The notes: a model not told the origin generated them from the letters alone. Shown: positions 39,696 to 49,334, counted from the first letter of the stretch. The stretch is 64,000 nt of DNA from an uncultured virus (IMG/VR IMGVR_UViG_3300024272_005753) (IMGVR_UViG_3300024272_005753); one strand, 5' to 3'. A program made the numbers and translations.

Positions 39696-40976
39696 TTATA
39701 CTGTGAAAACATACTCCATATAAGCCTTTTTAACTTCTTCATCTGGAGATTTTGCATTCACTTTTGTCAGGAGCTTATTGACTCCTGTGTTGAATTGCTC
39801 GAAAGTTTTCATCCGAAGATATGGCCTGACATCGCCAAATTCGGAGATAAGGTCATCGATACCTTTTGTTTCGTCGGTATAATCCCACAGTGCATATTCA
39901 ACGGAAATTCCGTTTGCTTCGAGTTCCTGGCCGAGTTTAGCAGCCTGAGTAAGAACATTAATATTATAGCACATATCGGAGTCATACGCAACGATTACTC
40001 CCGAAAACTTAGGATACAGGGCCTTAAGACCCTTGATGGTACTCATGATTGGGCGCCAATTCGTAACGCCCTGAATACTGATTGCTGACATGCCATACTG
40101 TTTTCTGATTGCAACAGCCTTGAAAAAGCCTTCGGTAATGAACATTTTCTTGGTAAATTTACCAAGTTCAAAGCCAATTGGGCTACCAGGGCTCAAACCA
40201 TCCTGCAGATATGCGTTGTCAGGGTCATCTTTCAGACAAAAGCTGGAAGAAAACCAAACATACTTGTTGTCAGCCTTTGGGTCTCTTTTTCTGATTTGCA
40301 ATCCAACAATTTTACCCTCAAAGTCTTTACATGGGATAATAATGCCAGACTGATATCCGAATGAGAAAGGCTCTCCTTCTTTTTTGAAAAATCCAGGGAC
40401 TTCAAACAAAACGTCTGTTGTTCCGAACTTTTCGGAGACCTTAGACTCTAATTCCTTACGCAGACTCAAGAGTCTGCGAGGAAACGTTTTGAAGCCATAG
40501 GTCTGAATTTCGTCATCCGTGAACCCTCTTGTCTTCAAAAGGGCTGCATCTTCTTCGCTTAATGTAAGCATATCGAGGAAAATTCGATAAACTTCATCCA
40601 TCACTTGAAGATTTAGGACTTTCTTGACCGAAGGAATGGTCAAGATTTTACGCTCTACATCAGTGGAAATACGACCACTGAAATAGCCGAGGTTGAATTC
40701 CTTGGCTAGGCGCTTAACAGCATCGACAAAGCTTAAGCTGTACAGCTCCATGTAGAACTTTACGGGGCCACCAACGATATCCAACTTCCAATCGTGGAAA
40801 ATATTATTGGGAACGTTGATATTAAAAGACCCCAAACTGCCAGAAGGACGAAGCGGGCTTACAGTTTTAAGATTAGGGCCAACGCCACTAAAAACGCAAC
40901 CTACTCCTTCCAGGACTTCTTTTATCGGAAGTGCATTGCACTGTTCCGATAATTCTTCAAATGACTTCTTAGCCAT
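39696..40976 (-). CDS. DNA primase-like protein (CHC2-like domain without Cys ligands + DUF3854/TOPRIM)
   Basis: SPLR...SF...FHDW...FVDAVKRLA; ITEGFFKA, AYDSD and KGIDD TOPRIM motifs. Confidence 0.75.
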   Translation of the reverse strand: MAKKSFEELSEQCNALPIKEVLEGVGCVFSGVGPNLKTVSPLRPSGSLGSFNINVPNNIFHDWKLDIVGGPVKFYMELYSLSFVDAVKRLAKEFNLGYFSGRISTDVERKILTIPSVKKVLNLQVMDEVYRIFLDMLTLSEEDAALLKTRGFTDDEIQTYGFKTFPRRLLSLRKELESKVSEKFGTTDVLFEVPGFFKKEGEPFSFGYQSGIIIPCKDFEGKIVGLQIRKRDPKADNKYVWFSSSFCLKDDPDNAYLQDGLSPGSPIGFELGKFTKKMFITEGFFKAVAIRKQYGMSAISIQGVTNWRPIMSTIKGLKALYPKFSGVIVAYDSDMCYNINVLTQAAKLGQELEANGISVEYALWDYTDETKGIDDLISEFGDVRPYLRMKTFEQFNTGVNKLLTKVNAKSPDEEVKKAYMEYVFTV

Positions 40977-40997
40977 CGTTATTCTCCTCCTCCCATA

Positions 40998-41597
40998 CTA
41001 GAACGGGCTTTCGCCTACCTTTCTTGACACATCCTCGCCCTGCTGTGTATTTCGTTTCGCATCTCTGATTTTGCGAACGTCGTTACACCACAGAGCTAGA
41101 ACATTTCTCAGAGAACCTACCTTAGTCAGCTTTAGCTCACCGATGATAGAAATCGTATCGCCCTTCAGAACATTCTGATGCAGATAAATCGCGTCTGCAT
41201 CAAAAGCGATGAAAGGCAAGAAGAGTACGATACCTCCATCAGACTTAGACTGGAAAGGAATGTCCTTCATCTCGGGTACGTACTGAATGGACTTCTCGTA
41301 CCGTTCTCGAGAAATATTTACTGCTACAGTGGGCATTCGCAGATTGCGAAGCTCAACAGGAACGCTAGGAGTGTTATGAACTACCTCTTTAACGCCATTG
41401 ATGACCACGTTGTTCGTGGAGGTGGCACCTCGTACATTATCCTTTACCAGATAAAACGGTGTCACCAGCTTACTGCTTCCCTTGCAAAGGAAAGGGAAAT
41501 CATCGGTGGTGTTGCCTACACACTGAACGATATTTCTATCTCTATCGTCGTGTACGGCAAACAGGTAGTTCAAATCCTTTTTGTTGTTCTTCTCCAT
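40998..41597 (-). CDS. Putative OB-fold single-stranded-DNA-binding-like protein
   Basis: FIAFD...LKGDTISIIGEL resembles an SSB OB fold; C-terminal SPF; lies upstream of the primase-like gene. Confidence 0.45.
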   Translation of the reverse strand: MEKNNKKDLNYLFAVHDDRDRNIVQCVGNTTDDFPFLCKGSSKLVTPFYLVKDNVRGATSTNNVVINGVKEVVHNTPSVPVELRNLRMPTVAVNISRERYEKSIQYVPEMKDIPFQSKSDGGIVLFLPFIAFDADAIYLHQNVLKGDTISIIGELKLTKVGSLRNVLALWCNDVRKIRDAKRNTQQGEDVSRKVGESPF

Positions 41598-41773
41598 GTT
41601 TTTTCCTCCTTGGTGTATTTGTGCTTATATTATTATATAAATATTAAATCTAAATAATAAGCGCAAGCGAACAAAATAATTTACTTATATTAATGATAAC
41701 ACAAAATATCGAAAAAAGAAATGCACATAACATATAAAATTTGTTACGTGCATTTATATATTTTTGTTATGTT

Positions 41774-43474
41774 TTATTTTTGGTTCCTTTGTTCTTGCCA
41801 GATACTATATGCATCGGGATATTCTTCAAGAACAGACTCATCAATAATGAAATTTCCATACTCGTCATAGTGACCTGTAATCTTAATACCACCTTGTTCT
41901 TCAATTAAGACTTCTGGCCTTACATAATCACCAATCTCGTTTCTAACAAGCAATACGCCGTCGCTATCAACTAATTCGCCTTTGGAATTATAATAATTGC
42001 CGTCTTTATTTTGTACGTATTTCACTACTTTTCCGTTGGAATCTATAATATTGTTGTATCTATCAATAAATTCACCATTTTTATTAATAGCTCTTCCTTT
42101 TTCATCAACTCTCTGTCCATACTTATTGATTCTGTCATTATTTTCATCAACGAGTTCTCCATCGCTATTAATAAAGTAATTTTCTCTATTTACCAAACGG
42201 CCATCGCTGTCGTAGTAATAATCATTAATATAAGGCTTGTTTGCTATAAAAATATCGGAATATTTTCTTTCTTGTCCTGTTGGGTCTTTTTTGATTTCTG
42301 CAAAATCACTAGAGCCAATAGAACCTATTAGAAAATAATCTTCATATGGGTTAAACAAATAAACATCTAGGTTTTTAGACAATACTTTTGTTGGTAGATA
42401 AGGAATACCAATAGTGTATAATTCTGCATAGTCATCATATCTGAAAACTCTTAGTTGGCTAAAGTTTTTATTACTAATGGTAGTTTTAAACAACGCGTAA
42501 ATGTTATTGTTTTTATCTACATACATGTGTAATGGATTTGCATATTGGATTTCAATGGCCTTATTAATATTCATATCTTTATAATCTACATTTAGAATTA
42601 AAGATTTTTCAGAACCATCACCAAAGTCACTAATTGTATAAATATTTTTATTTATACCGTCCATATATGTAGAGGTTACTGGGCGAATACTTCCATAATG
42701 TAAAGTTATTTGGTCATTTTCTATATCGTATTGTCCCATTTGAGTTTCATTAAAGAAGTAAATGTACTGAGTATTTGCAACCCAAGTATTAACATTTCCT
42801 GGAAGTTCGTATGTTGCCTTTGAAATTTTGGGGAAATTTGTAAGTTCTATATCAATTGTTGTCATATATTTATCTAAACCAGTATACCCTAAAAATTCTT
42901 TAGAATAATTCTCCATATAAACGTATGTTGCTTCTTTGCTTGTATTTACTGGGACATTTGTTGCATATGATAATTTTCCATCATCTGAAAGAATTTGTGG
43001 TCTGACATAGGAATAAATATTTGCTTTGGTTTCTGGATTATCTGTTGAATAATAAAATAATCCATTATATCCATAAATATCTTCTATATTACTTTCTTTT
43101 AAAATATAGTCTTTCATTGTTTTTAGTTCGTTTTTATAAACTAAAATCATTGTCATTTTTCTGGAAGTCTTATCTACGGCATATAATATGCGAGGCACAT
43201 TTTCGACTCCTTCTAATTGGCTACTATAAAGATTTCCTTCATCCATTGCATAAATATATTCACTTTCTTCGCCGCCGTTCAAATCTATTTCGGAAACAAC
43301 ATTACTTAGGTCGTCAAACATTGTAACAATTCCGTTTTCCGTTGTTAAAATATAATCTCCATTTCTAACAACTTCTGTAACTACATCTTGTTTCTGAGAA
43401 GTAGATGAACAACCTGTTAATATAGAAAAAATTGTACATATTACTAACAAAAGAGATACTCTTTTCTTTATCAT
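41774..43474 (-). CDS. Lipoprotein with beta-rich body and C-terminal short repeats
   Basis: Lipobox LTGC; repeated (I/V)(D/N)xxG units near the C-terminus. Confidence 0.7.
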   Translation of the reverse strand: MIKKRVSLLLVICTIFSILTGCSSTSQKQDVVTEVVRNGDYILTTENGIVTMFDDLSNVVSEIDLNGGEESEYIYAMDEGNLYSSQLEGVENVPRILYAVDKTSRKMTMILVYKNELKTMKDYILKESNIEDIYGYNGLFYYSTDNPETKANIYSYVRPQILSDDGKLSYATNVPVNTSKEATYVYMENYSKEFLGYTGLDKYMTTIDIELTNFPKISKATYELPGNVNTWVANTQYIYFFNETQMGQYDIENDQITLHYGSIRPVTSTYMDGINKNIYTISDFGDGSEKSLILNVDYKDMNINKAIEIQYANPLHMYVDKNNNIYALFKTTISNKNFSQLRVFRYDDYAELYTIGIPYLPTKVLSKNLDVYLFNPYEDYFLIGSIGSSDFAEIKKDPTGQERKYSDIFIANKPYINDYYYDSDGRLVNRENYFINSDGELVDENNDRINKYGQRVDEKGRAINKNGEFIDRYNNIIDSNGKVVKYVQNKDGNYYNSKGELVDSDGVLLVRNEIGDYVRPEVLIEEQGGIKITGHYDEYGNFIIDESVLEEYPDAYSIWQEQRNQK

Positions 43475-43561
43475 TATTAAGCCCTCCGTTTCTCAAATCT
43501 TCTTAAATAATATATTTTACGATATTTTTATATATTATATTAAAAAGGAGTGATTTATAAA

Positions 43562-44239
43562 ATGCGTATTTTAGGTATTGACCAGGGGATAGCCAATATG
43601 GGATATTCTATTCTCGAAGATGATAAACTTATTACATATGGTTGTATAAATACAACTAGCAAAGATTTTTTAGAAGAACGTTTTTTTATTATTTATTCTA
43701 GAATTAAAAAAATTATTGAAGAATATAAACCAGAAGTTATCTGCTGTGAAAAATTGTTTTATACTTCTCCGAAGGAAGGAAATAGAAATAAGTCTGCATC
43801 TATTATATACACAAATATGATTACTGGGGTTTTGGCTGCGTTATGTGGAGAATTCGAAATTGAATTAAGAATGTTTGTTCCAAGCAAGGTCAAAAAAGCA
43901 GTGTGTGATAATGGCAAAGCAGAAAAAGATGAAATGATTACAAAAATTAAATCTTTATACACTGTAGAATCTGACAAAACAAAATATGAACACGTTTGTG
44001 ACTCTATTGCGATTGCTTTCACTTGTTATGTTGAGAACAAAGAAAATCCAGAAATAAGAGCTGAATTTGAAAATAATAAAAACCTTAAAATTAAAAGAGT
44101 AACTGAGGATGAAATTAGAAGATTAAATAAAATCGATAAAGAACGCAAAAAGTTAAAAAGAGAGATTGAGAGAAAAAGAAAAAAGGCTGAAAAGTTAAAA
44201 ATACAACAAGAAAAAGCATTAAAACGGCGTAAAAACTAA
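43562..44239 (+). CDS. ruvC: Holliday junction resolvase RuvC with basic coiled-coil tail
   Basis: ILGIDQG, CCEKLF, PSKVKKAV...GKAEK and EHVCDSIAIA motifs. Confidence 0.88.
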   Translation: MRILGIDQGIANMGYSILEDDKLITYGCINTTSKDFLEERFFIIYSRIKKIIEEYKPEVICCEKLFYTSPKEGNRNKSASIIYTNMITGVLAALCGEFEIELRMFVPSKVKKAVCDNGKAEKDEMITKIKSLYTVESDKTKYEHVCDSIAIAFTCYVENKENPEIRAEFENNKNLKIKRVTEDEIRRLNKIDKERKKLKREIERKRKKAEKLKIQQEKALKRRKN

Positions 44240-44338
44240 AAATTTTCTATTGGTAAAAAAGACTAAAATTATATTCAAATGCATTTGTTAATATAATTAC
44301 AATAGATAATTTTTTATCTGAAAGGAGCTTTGTTTATT

Positions 44339-44830
44339 ATGACTTTACATGAAGAAAAAGTATTTCACGCATTATATTCTTGTGGAGCTATTACAAAGAA
44401 CACAATCAGAAAATTGGGTGGAGATGAAGATACCATTATTTCTTTAATGGATAAAAAGTTAATTAAAAAAGAAAAAATGGATATAGATAGTAAAAGTATC
44501 GCTGTCTATAAATTTACCAAGCAGGGGGAAAAAGCTTATATAGATAAGTTTGGTAAAAAACATTTTTATCGTTGTTCTAATCTTAGAAAAGCTGCAGAGC
44601 TTGGATATTTTTATGCTTCTTTAACTGACGAAGAAAAAAATAGTTGGAAGAGTAAGGATGAATTATCTCAGGAGATGCGTTGTTCTATGTATCCCGATTC
44701 TATTTTTAACAAGGGTGGAATCCCTTGTGGTGTGTTTGTTGTAAAAAGTGAAGATGTTGACGAGAAATTGCCAGAATATAAGCAATTTGCAAAAGAACAA
44801 AAAATTAAAATTATTTTAAAACGAATTTAA
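44339..44830 (+). CDS. Small wHTH protein, replication-relaxation-like
   Basis: VYKFTKQG wing motif and a later YPDSIF, similar to the protein at 47964. Confidence 0.4.
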   Translation: MTLHEEKVFHALYSCGAITKNTIRKLGGDEDTIISLMDKKLIKKEKMDIDSKSIAVYKFTKQGEKAYIDKFGKKHFYRCSNLRKAAELGYFYASLTDEEKNSWKSKDELSQEMRCSMYPDSIFNKGGIPCGVFVVKSEDVDEKLPEYKQFAKEQKIKIILKRI

Positions 44831-44843
44831 GGAGGGGAATAAT

Positions 44844-45086
44844 ATGAAAGATACAGGTGTTGTACGCAAGATTGACCCACTTGGCAGATTAGTTATTCCC
44901 AAAGAGTTGAGAAAGGCTTTAGGGCTTGGGACTAACGAACCTGTTCAAATTTACGTAGAAGGAAATCGTATCTGTGTAGAAAAGTACAATAAGGCTTGTC
45001 TTATTTGTGGGAGCACAAAAGATGTATTTCCCATTAAGGATAAAAATATTTGTGCTGAGTGCGCAGAATTGATTAAGGAAATCTAA
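44844..45086 (+). CDS. abrB: AbrB family transition-state regulator
   Basis: MKDTGVVRKIDPLGRLVIPKELR plus C-terminal CLICG...ICAEC. Confidence 0.9.
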   Translation: MKDTGVVRKIDPLGRLVIPKELRKALGLGTNEPVQIYVEGNRICVEKYNKACLICGSTKDVFPIKDKNICAECAELIKEI

Positions 45087-45087
45087 T

Positions 45088-45798
45088 ATGTTTGTATTGC
45101 TGCGAGATTATTTAAGGAAATTAGAAGGAAAAACAAAAAATGAAAAGAAAGAAGAAATAGTTTCCGAAAAAGAATCATCTATTAAAGATGATATGGAGGA
45201 TAATCTTGTAGATGAATCCGATAAACAAGAGAAAGAGAAAGAACAAGAGCAGGAACAAGTTAGAAAAAAGACCCGAATAGAAATTATAAAAGAACGGAAA
45301 AGAGAAGAAAAATTAAAGAAGAAAGAGAAAAAAAGACGTAAAAAAAAGCCAATTACGGTTTATTCTGTTCTTTTGTTATTAATATTTATTGTCGTTTTTG
45401 TATCTAGAATTTGTTTATTAACATCGTCTGAAACTTACATATTAAATGGACAAATAATTTATAGTTCGAAACTTAATAAATACGTTATTAACTACGATAT
45501 AGAAGAGTTGTGGAATGATAATAAGCTGGCTCTCAATGAGAAAGTTTGCATTCCTCAAGATTATACAAAAGATAGGGCAGCAATTAAAGATTATCCTGGA
45601 GAGTGTGTTCCTGGAGTAATTGTAGAAGCAAGCAATAAGGTTAAAATCAAATATGATTTACCAAAATATATGACGTATGATGAATTAAAATTATTTGTTA
45701 TTAATGGGTCTTTTGGCCAGACGATAAATCGAGTAAAAATTGAAATAAAAAAATGGGGAGATTTATATCAGATAACAAAAATCTATCCCATGAATTAA
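45088..45798 (+). CDS. Single-pass membrane protein
   Basis: Charged N-terminus, then a TM helix after a basic run. Confidence 0.6.
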   Translation: MFVLLRDYLRKLEGKTKNEKKEEIVSEKESSIKDDMEDNLVDESDKQEKEKEQEQEQVRKKTRIEIIKERKREEKLKKKEKKRRKKKPITVYSVLLLLIFIVVFVSRICLLTSSETYILNGQIIYSSKLNKYVINYDIEELWNDNKLALNEKVCIPQDYTKDRAAIKDYPGECVPGVIVEASNKVKIKYDLPKYMTYDELKLFVINGSFGQTINRVKIEIKKWGDLYQITKIYPMN

Positions 45799-45836
45799 AA
45801 AAGACGAATCTGAAAGATTCGTCTTTTTTTGTTGTA

Positions 45837-46766
45837 TTAAAATTCCAAACTTCCTAGTGCTGTAATCATTGTAGGGATAGCGATAACGGCCATGTTACAA
45901 AGTAGCATAGGCATCTGAATCATTGTCGCCAATGTTTTTCTACCGCTAATTTTAATTAGGAACTGGTCCTTTTGCATTTGTGCAACTTTATCTGCTTGAG
46001 CAGCGAATGCGTCTTTTGCATCGCCACCTTGTTCCATTGTTAATTTAACAAGAGATACGAATTCTCTAACTTCGAACATATTTACCGTATTAGACATAAC
46101 GTCAAGAGCAGCAGTAGTTCCTTTTGTATTACAGTCAAGAATAAATTGATTAATTACAGGTTTCCAGTCGTCAGAAACATATCTAACACTATTTTCCATG
46201 GCTCTTACCAAGTCCATACCTGCAACAAGGTAACCAGAAATAATTCTTACTAAGTCTGGGAAATACTTAAATAAAGCTTCGTTTTTACCTTTAACTTCTG
46301 CTTTAAACATGTAGTCTAACAAGAAAGAACATCCCGCAAAAACAACAGCTCCTGCAGCAATCATATATCCACCCATGGTAGCTAATAATAGTCCTAATAT
46401 CACACCAATAATTCTTAGAATTAAATTAGTTGCGATATAAGATTCTGCTGTAAAAGTATCATCCCAAGCAATAAATTTAATATCTTTATCTAATTGTTCT
46501 ACATTTTCAATTCTTAAACTAGGTAATAGTTTTTGTAACTTAGGGAATAAGTCACTTCTAATACTTGCAGTTAAATCATTAATAGTGTCAACTGTTGCGG
46601 CTGAGTCTTTTTTAACGCCTTTACTGAATTGTTTTAGACGACTCTTAGTTACTGAGCTGTCTAATGTAGTACCAATTAAATCAATAAATGTTTTTGCTGC
46701 GGACAAAATCAGAATTAACATACCAGCAATAAAGATAATATTGGCAACTGTCATATTTATTTCCAT
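45837..46766 (-). CDS. tadC: Tad pilus / type II secretion F-family protein, TadC-like
   Basis: FPDLVRIISGYLVAGMDL, EQGGD and TM pattern; follows the tadB-like gene. Confidence 0.7.
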   Translation of the reverse strand: MEINMTVANIIFIAGMLILILSAAKTFIDLIGTTLDSSVTKSRLKQFSKGVKKDSAATVDTINDLTASIRSDLFPKLQKLLPSLRIENVEQLDKDIKFIAWDDTFTAESYIATNLILRIIGVILGLLLATMGGYMIAAGAVVFAGCSFLLDYMFKAEVKGKNEALFKYFPDLVRIISGYLVAGMDLVRAMENSVRYVSDDWKPVINQFILDCNTKGTTAALDVMSNTVNMFEVREFVSLVKLTMEQGGDAKDAFAAQADKVAQMQKDQFLIKISGRKTLATMIQMPMLLCNMAVIAIPTMITALGSLEF

Positions 46767-46782
46767 ATTGTTAATTCCTCCT

Positions 46783-47727
46783 TTACTTTAGTGGGGCACC
46801 GATTTTATTATTAATAAACCAAATGACGCCCATAATAATTCCAAACAACGCAGCAACCATTATTTGGCCAGTTAGTTGGTTTAATAAGAAATCAGAATAA
46901 CCATCCATTGATATAAATCCAAAACAAGCGAATAGAGGAACAGTTAAAACAAGGATATAAGAGTCCTTAACGGGTTCTGAAATTTCTCTTTTTAGCATCT
47001 GTCTAAGCTGTCTATCTTCTTCGTACTGTAAATATGCTTGGCCCAATAGATTTTCTCTAGCTTCTTGGGTACCAATTGCAGAAGAAATTTTATAGAAGTC
47101 TGAAAAACGTTCCAAAAATTTGTTGTCGCATCTTTCTGCCAAATTATCCAATGCTTTTTCAACAGTTACGTTAGCTTCCATTTCTGCACAGGTGAGTTTT
47201 AATTCGGTATACATTGGTTCCATACCTTTGAACTCATTCTTTGTCATATTCATTGCTTTAGAAAAGTCTTTGGTGCTAAGATATCTTTTAATTACCATCT
47301 GCATCATTGGGCCTATTTGTTTTTCAAGTTCTCCAACTCTTTTATTTCTTAAAAATGTAATTACTTGGGACGGTATCATAGGTCCAACAAGAATCATTTC
47401 TACTGCCAAAAAAGGATTTCCAATTACAACAAATGTAAATATACACAATACAATGGCGCAAATGACCTTTAGTAAAAACAATTCATGATATTTTAGATTT
47501 AAGCCTGCCTGACGGCACATCTTTTCAACGGCATTTCTTTTTGAATATTTTGTTTTTTCTGCAGCAGTCTTTTCTAATTTTTTCATAAAAGACTCGGACT
47601 CGTTGCCCATGTCTCTAGCTTGGCTTTTTCTAAAATTTTCAGAAAAGTCTGTCTTGCTAAAAGTATTAAAAATAGTTAAGGCTATGAATATTAACACATA
47701 TATCATAGGACTTATTGGTTGACTCAT
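46783..47727 (-). CDS. tadB: Tad pilus / type II secretion F-family protein, TadB-like
   Basis: RQAGL, EKALDNLAER and GQIM with a T2SS-F hydrophobicity pattern. Confidence 0.7.
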   Translation of the reverse strand: MSQPISPMIYVLIFIALTIFNTFSKTDFSENFRKSQARDMGNESESFMKKLEKTAAEKTKYSKRNAVEKMCRQAGLNLKYHELFLLKVICAIVLCIFTFVVIGNPFLAVEMILVGPMIPSQVITFLRNKRVGELEKQIGPMMQMVIKRYLSTKDFSKAMNMTKNEFKGMEPMYTELKLTCAEMEANVTVEKALDNLAERCDNKFLERFSDFYKISSAIGTQEARENLLGQAYLQYEEDRQLRQMLKREISEPVKDSYILVLTVPLFACFGFISMDGYSDFLLNQLTGQIMVAALFGIIMGVIWFINNKIGAPLK

Positions 47728-47963
47728 TCAATACTCCTCCTCGCTATCAAAACTTAGTATTTATCTCTATTATATTGGAAAGAGAAATAAAATAATGAAT
47801 TATATCGGCTTAGAACAAAAATATAGTAAAGAAAATACTCTTATATATTCTACAAAACATTTTCATTTTTCATAATATAAAAAAGCCTTGTTAAATGGTT
47901 TTTATGTGATGATTAGGGATAAAGAACTATATAATATAATTAGCAAAGAAAGGAGTTGAAATC

Positions 47964-49235
47964 GTGGCTAAAAGAGTTGAAAAAGTAATGAATGAATATA
48001 GCGATAGAGATTTTCAAGCATTGTTGTCTATATATAATTTTAGATGTTTGTCCATGAATCAATTGTTTGATTTACATTATAGATTTTCTGGGAAAAAGGA
48101 AGTGACTTCTGAGTATTTAAGAAAAAAGATTATTAAAATGAAGAAGGATAATCTAATTGAAGAATCTAGGCTTGTAAGTAAGAAGGCTCCTGTTGTCTAT
48201 TTTTTAACAAATGACGGAATCCAAGCCGTTCGCATGTATTTTAATTTGTCTAATAATATATATGATACTAAGAAGAGAATTCATGAAAGAGGATATTATA
48301 CTTATTCTGAAATAAAAGTGGCAGATAGATTTATTCCACATCAATATAACTTGAATCAATTTGCTTTGACTTCTATTGATTACTTAAAAAGTAAAGATAT
48401 TGGATACTCATATGTTGATGAAAGACATGTTTCTCAAACATATGGAATTCGACCAGATGGGATTTTATCGACTTTGGGGTTAGATATATTTTTAGAAATG
48501 GATATGGGAACCGAATCATTGTCTCAGTTGAAAGAAAAATGGAATCATTATAGGAGTTATTTAGGGTCTCAAAGCTATATAGATAATGGGAAAAAGATTA
48601 TTATATTTTTCATTTGTTATAATAAAGGCAATATTACGGAAAGAATTAAAGTCATAAAAAATTCATTAAATGAGCATTTTATAGATTGTTTAAAAGAAGT
48701 TGAAGTGTATGTGGGATTACCAGAAAAATTAATGTCGGTATTAAAAAACATAATTGTTCCTTTTTACACGACTGGCAAAAGTGAAATGTATGAAGAATTA
48801 ATTACCAATATTAAACGACATGAATTTAAAGTTGCTTCTGGTATTCAAATGGCAAAATATTTAGACAATACAAATTATACATTTTATATTAAAAATGAAG
48901 ATGGGAAAGATTTTTTAGTTCATGAATTTTTTGGAGAACCTATCGGTGCTATGAACAGAGTCGTTTTCCATGAAAAAATTAATAATTTATTTGAGAAAAA
49001 ATTTAATAAATCTTTGCCATTACTTTTGATTGGAACAAACGAAGATACAATAATTGAAAATATAGATTTATTTGTTGTTTCTGATATCCCAAATGTATAT
49101 TTTTCTACATTAAAAAGGTTGAATACTATGCCTTTTAATGAAGCATTATTTAAAATAATGCCAGATGGTAGTATTTATTCATTCACTGAAGACTTTCAAA
49201 ATATAAAACAAACGGAGAAAATAAATAAAAAATAA
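47964..49235 (+). CDS. Replication-relaxation family protein
   Basis: RDFQAL...QL...VYFLTNDG wHTH; PHQ; IRPDG; FLEMDMGTE...KWNHY nuclease motifs. Confidence 0.8.
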   Translation: MAKRVEKVMNEYSDRDFQALLSIYNFRCLSMNQLFDLHYRFSGKKEVTSEYLRKKIIKMKKDNLIEESRLVSKKAPVVYFLTNDGIQAVRMYFNLSNNIYDTKKRIHERGYYTYSEIKVADRFIPHQYNLNQFALTSIDYLKSKDIGYSYVDERHVSQTYGIRPDGILSTLGLDIFLEMDMGTESLSQLKEKWNHYRSYLGSQSYIDNGKKIIIFFICYNKGNITERIKVIKNSLNEHFIDCLKEVEVYVGLPEKLMSVLKNIIVPFYTTGKSEMYEELITNIKRHEFKVASGIQMAKYLDNTNYTFYIKNEDGKDFLVHEFFGEPIGAMNRVVFHEKINNLFEKKFNKSLPLLLIGTNEDTIIENIDLFVVSDIPNVYFSTLKRLNTMPFNEALFKIMPDGSIYSFTEDFQNIKQTEKINKK

Positions 49236-49305
49236 TTTATATTGTCGGGGTTCATCCCGACAATATTTTTTGTTACCAAAAAATCTTTGTAATGCTTGAA
49301 ATTGC

Positions 49306-49334
49306 TTGACTTTGTATTAATAATGTGATATTTT
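49306..49334 (+). promoter_or_regulatory. sigmaA-type promoter of secY-secE
   Basis: TTGACT-17-TATTTT with TG extension, followed by a leader hairpin (ACATTCTTGCT...AGCGGGAATGT). Confidence 0.55.
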
